From NCBI GenBank assembly GCA_907165135.1, contig OU015568.1, forward strand, positions 9,672,001-9,736,000: a stretch of DNA of 64,000 bases, given 5' to 3'. The position numbers and the translations under genes are program-made. The DNA is from Oikopleura dioica (taxonomy: Eukaryota; Animalia; Chordata). Every line of letters starts with the position of its first letter. The stretch's first letter is position 1. This document shows, piece by piece, positions 61,775-64,000 of this stretch. The notes under the pieces were generated by a model that saw only the letters and a list, made by a program, of their open reading frames with translations, did no database searches and had not been told where the DNA came from.

Positions 61775-62073
61775 TTATTCGAGATTTATGTGTGTCATGC
61801 GTCCGCGGGTTAAATTCCCAATGTCGCGATAGATTTTTTGAACTTCAAGGCGCGTGGCTTCTGTATGATCATCAATGTCTATTATTAAATCGAGTCATTA
61901 CTGTAACACAACACAAAAGAGGCACCTTTCAAATCTTTCAAGAGCTGCTCAATCTCATCATTGGCCATTTTCAACAAAATATCGTCATCGATCTCCTGCA
62001 GAGTTTCCCCTTTTTCATCCCTTTTGTTGAGCAACGCTATTATATCAGGATTTTCGGCGCTCATGGAACTCAT
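61775..62073 (-). CDS. Small acidic orphan protein of about 83 aa, 2 exons
   Basis: MSSMSAENPD...LLKDLK joins via a GT-AG intron to DIDDHTEATRLEVQKIYRDIG...NLE*; an upstream tttag acceptor is present. Confidence 0.55.
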
Positions 62074-62583
62074 TTCAAGACTAAACAAAAAGACAAGCGT
62101 TTTTTAATTATAATTTTTATTCATTTTTTATTAGATATAATTTTTTTTGTATTTTAAATTAGAATTTTTAAGTCACATTGTTTTTCGCAAAATAATGTAA
62201 TAATAATCGTGAACGAAAGAAAAAAAGCTTCTATGGAAGAATGAAGTCAAAGGCAGGAAATTCACAGATTGAGCGAGGCTCAAAGCAGGAGTGGTAGGAT
62301 TACAGAAATTAGAAAAATTAGCAAAATAATAATAAAAGAATAGGCGGATGATAAGGATTCAGTCCACTAGTAAATAAGGCCTATTATTAAATATGAATAG
62401 ATCTTTCCAAAGAAAAATAGAACACAGAAATAAATAGATCCCGTGAGTAATTAATAACGCTTATTAATTATTATTGGGATGAGATTCTCTCGAAAATGAA
62501 GATGGAACTATTCGGACTTTGATTCTTTTTAAAGTTCTTCAACTTGAAATTTGAAAAAATCTCATTTTCGAGATACTACACTT

Positions 62584-62698
62584 GCTTCTTCCGATAACGA
62601 ATTTTTTCATCGAGATCGAGCTCACTAATCAGCTGTGCGCCTGGCTCGAGCAGTCAGGAAAATCGCGCTTGATGAAAAAAATCGTTAACGGAAGAAGC
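62584..62698. repeat. Short inverted repeat with about 31-bp arms
   Basis: gcttcttccgataacgaattttttcatcgag pairs with cttgatgaaaaaaatcgttaacggaagaagc. Confidence 0.75.
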
Positions 62699-62934
62699 TA
62701 GTCTAGAGGTTTAATCTTTTTTAAGTTTTTATCTGATAGCAGCACCGCTCGTGTTTTTTAAAACCAATAGTATTGATACCCAGTTTAATAAGTCAATCAT
62801 AATTCTATGGGAAGCGGTTTCAAGGAAGATTTTAGTAGCAAATTGAGATATTTTAAAAATATATGTAAAGTTCAAAATTGAAAATTACAGAAATGATGAC
62901 GGAAAATAAGAATACAGCTCTTATGGACCATAAG

Positions 62935-63130
62935 TTATGGTACTGCTTGCGTTTTTTGCTCACTACTTAGAATTTTCTTCGCTCTCGAGTTGCGGTACTT
63001 CACCAGGGTGTACATACAGCCGCCAGTAAAGTTGATCACTTGGCCCAACAGAAAGAAAAAGGTAGGTTGGACCCCTCCGAAGGTGTACATGCCGATCCAA
63101 GTGGTGAATGCAGATTTGAGCACTAAAATC
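62935..63130 (-). CDS. Last exon of an SLC35D-family nucleotide-sugar transporter
   Basis: VLKSAFTTWIGMYTFGGVQPTFFFLLGQVINFTGGCMYTLVKY resembles SLC35D TM9-10; preceded by the acceptor ttgattttag. Confidence 0.75.
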
Positions 63131-63155
63131 AACTAGGTGAGTCTTTGCCTACTTG

Positions 63156-63200
63156 TACCGAGTATTTCAAGCTCGGGTTTTGAGTCTGAAATACTCGGTA
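63156..63200. repeat. Hairpin with perfect 14-bp arms
   Basis: taccgagtatttca ... tgaaatactcggta. Confidence 0.8.
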
Positions 63201-63434
63201 GCACAAGTGTGGTTATTTCCGTTCTTATCACTGCTGATCTATGAGAGTTTGATCATTATCAGGGGCGATTATGGTAGTGATTATCTGATGTAAAAGTCAA
63301 TCACCCGCTGAGGCGATTGTGCTTCACTCTAGCGCCACCACCCCATATTCCCCATATAAATCAACTAAGAAAAAACTACATTAGAAACAAGTTAGAATTT
63401 CTTGCGATAAAAAAACCTTATTCCACATCGAAAA

Positions 63435-63905
63435 ATGGGTAAAAGAAGCTATTCAAAAAGAGCCCAAATCTTCAGAGTAGAGAAAGAAGCCAAAATTACT
63501 CTTCATAAAATTACGGGTAAAAAGAATGAAGAGGAAAATGATATGAGAAAGACTTCTCGAAAGCTATCCCGGCTAAATATAAAATACGGAAAGAGCATCA
63601 AAAAGGTCGAAAGTCGAATGGCAGATCTTGAGCGACTGGAAAATTATAGAAAGCCACGGGAAGTCAGTACTAACTCCTGCCTCGTACGAAATCGGATAAA
63701 AACAGACGTAATGGCCAATTTGATCAAAAAGAGGAAAAAGAAGTTGCGAAAGAGACAGTTCAAGCATCTTCAACTAGAGGACAAAATTGAAGCCGCCCAA
63801 GGGAAACTTTACGAGATTCTAACTTCTGTATTCGGGGAAGAAGATGAAGAATTAACCCCGGAAGAAGTTCTCGACATAAAATTCGAACTTGACATGTCCC
63901 TCTGA
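63435..63905 (+). CDS. Hypothetical intronless basic/coiled-coil protein, 156 aa
   Basis: ATG-initiated open ORF, K/R-rich with an acidic C-terminus. Confidence 0.55.
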   Translation: MGKRSYSKRAQIFRVEKEAKITLHKITGKKNEEENDMRKTSRKLSRLNIKYGKSIKKVESRMADLERLENYRKPREVSTNSCLVRNRIKTDVMANLIKKRKKKLRKRQFKHLQLEDKIEAAQGKLYEILTSVFGEEDEELTPEEVLDIKFELDMSL

Positions 63906-64000
63906 AATGCTATTTATCATGTTCAAGATCAACCACTTTATTATTTCATTCTTTGAATATATCGAAAATAACGAATACATCGAAATGCTATCTAGAAAGA

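Noticed and set aside
1-64000. Prokaryotic or viral interpretation suggested by short ORFs and tight gene spacing
   Set aside because: Conserved eukaryotic proteins are split by short spliceosomal introns throughout.

Overview
Compact eukaryotic genomic DNA. Introns are mostly 30-90 nt, several use GA-AG or GC-AG ends, and co-oriented genes sit about 40-250 bp apart as in trans-spliced operons. Together these point to an appendicularian tunicate such as Oikopleura (inferred, not verified). About 28 spliced protein-coding genes were reconstructed by eye: DEG/ENaC channel, HS3ST-like sulfotransferase, LRR-TM protein, coiled-coil protein, divergent alpha-tubulin, LRRC74-like, secreted cbEGF protein, Kv channel, NCOA-like bHLH-PAS, TOP3B, ZDHHC, a double claudin-fold protein, three tandem 4-TM paralogs, PAN3, MZT1, EXOSC6, RPRD1, ASB, DCAF8, Rap2, ZFYVE19, an SLC35D 3' exon and several orphans. 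There are also several inverted-repeat elements, including a 737-bp TTAA-flanked foldback. The most striking candidate system is at 11.5-16.4 kb. A divergent alpha-tubulin there appears to begin MGCSESK (myristoylation/palmitoylation signal) followed by a Pro-rich linker, lacks the catalytic E254/T7 residues and lacks the acidic tail. It lies directly upstream of a coiled-coil gene that begins MGCNSSR. All exon joins are manual predictions; no RNA genes or CRISPR arrays were recognised.
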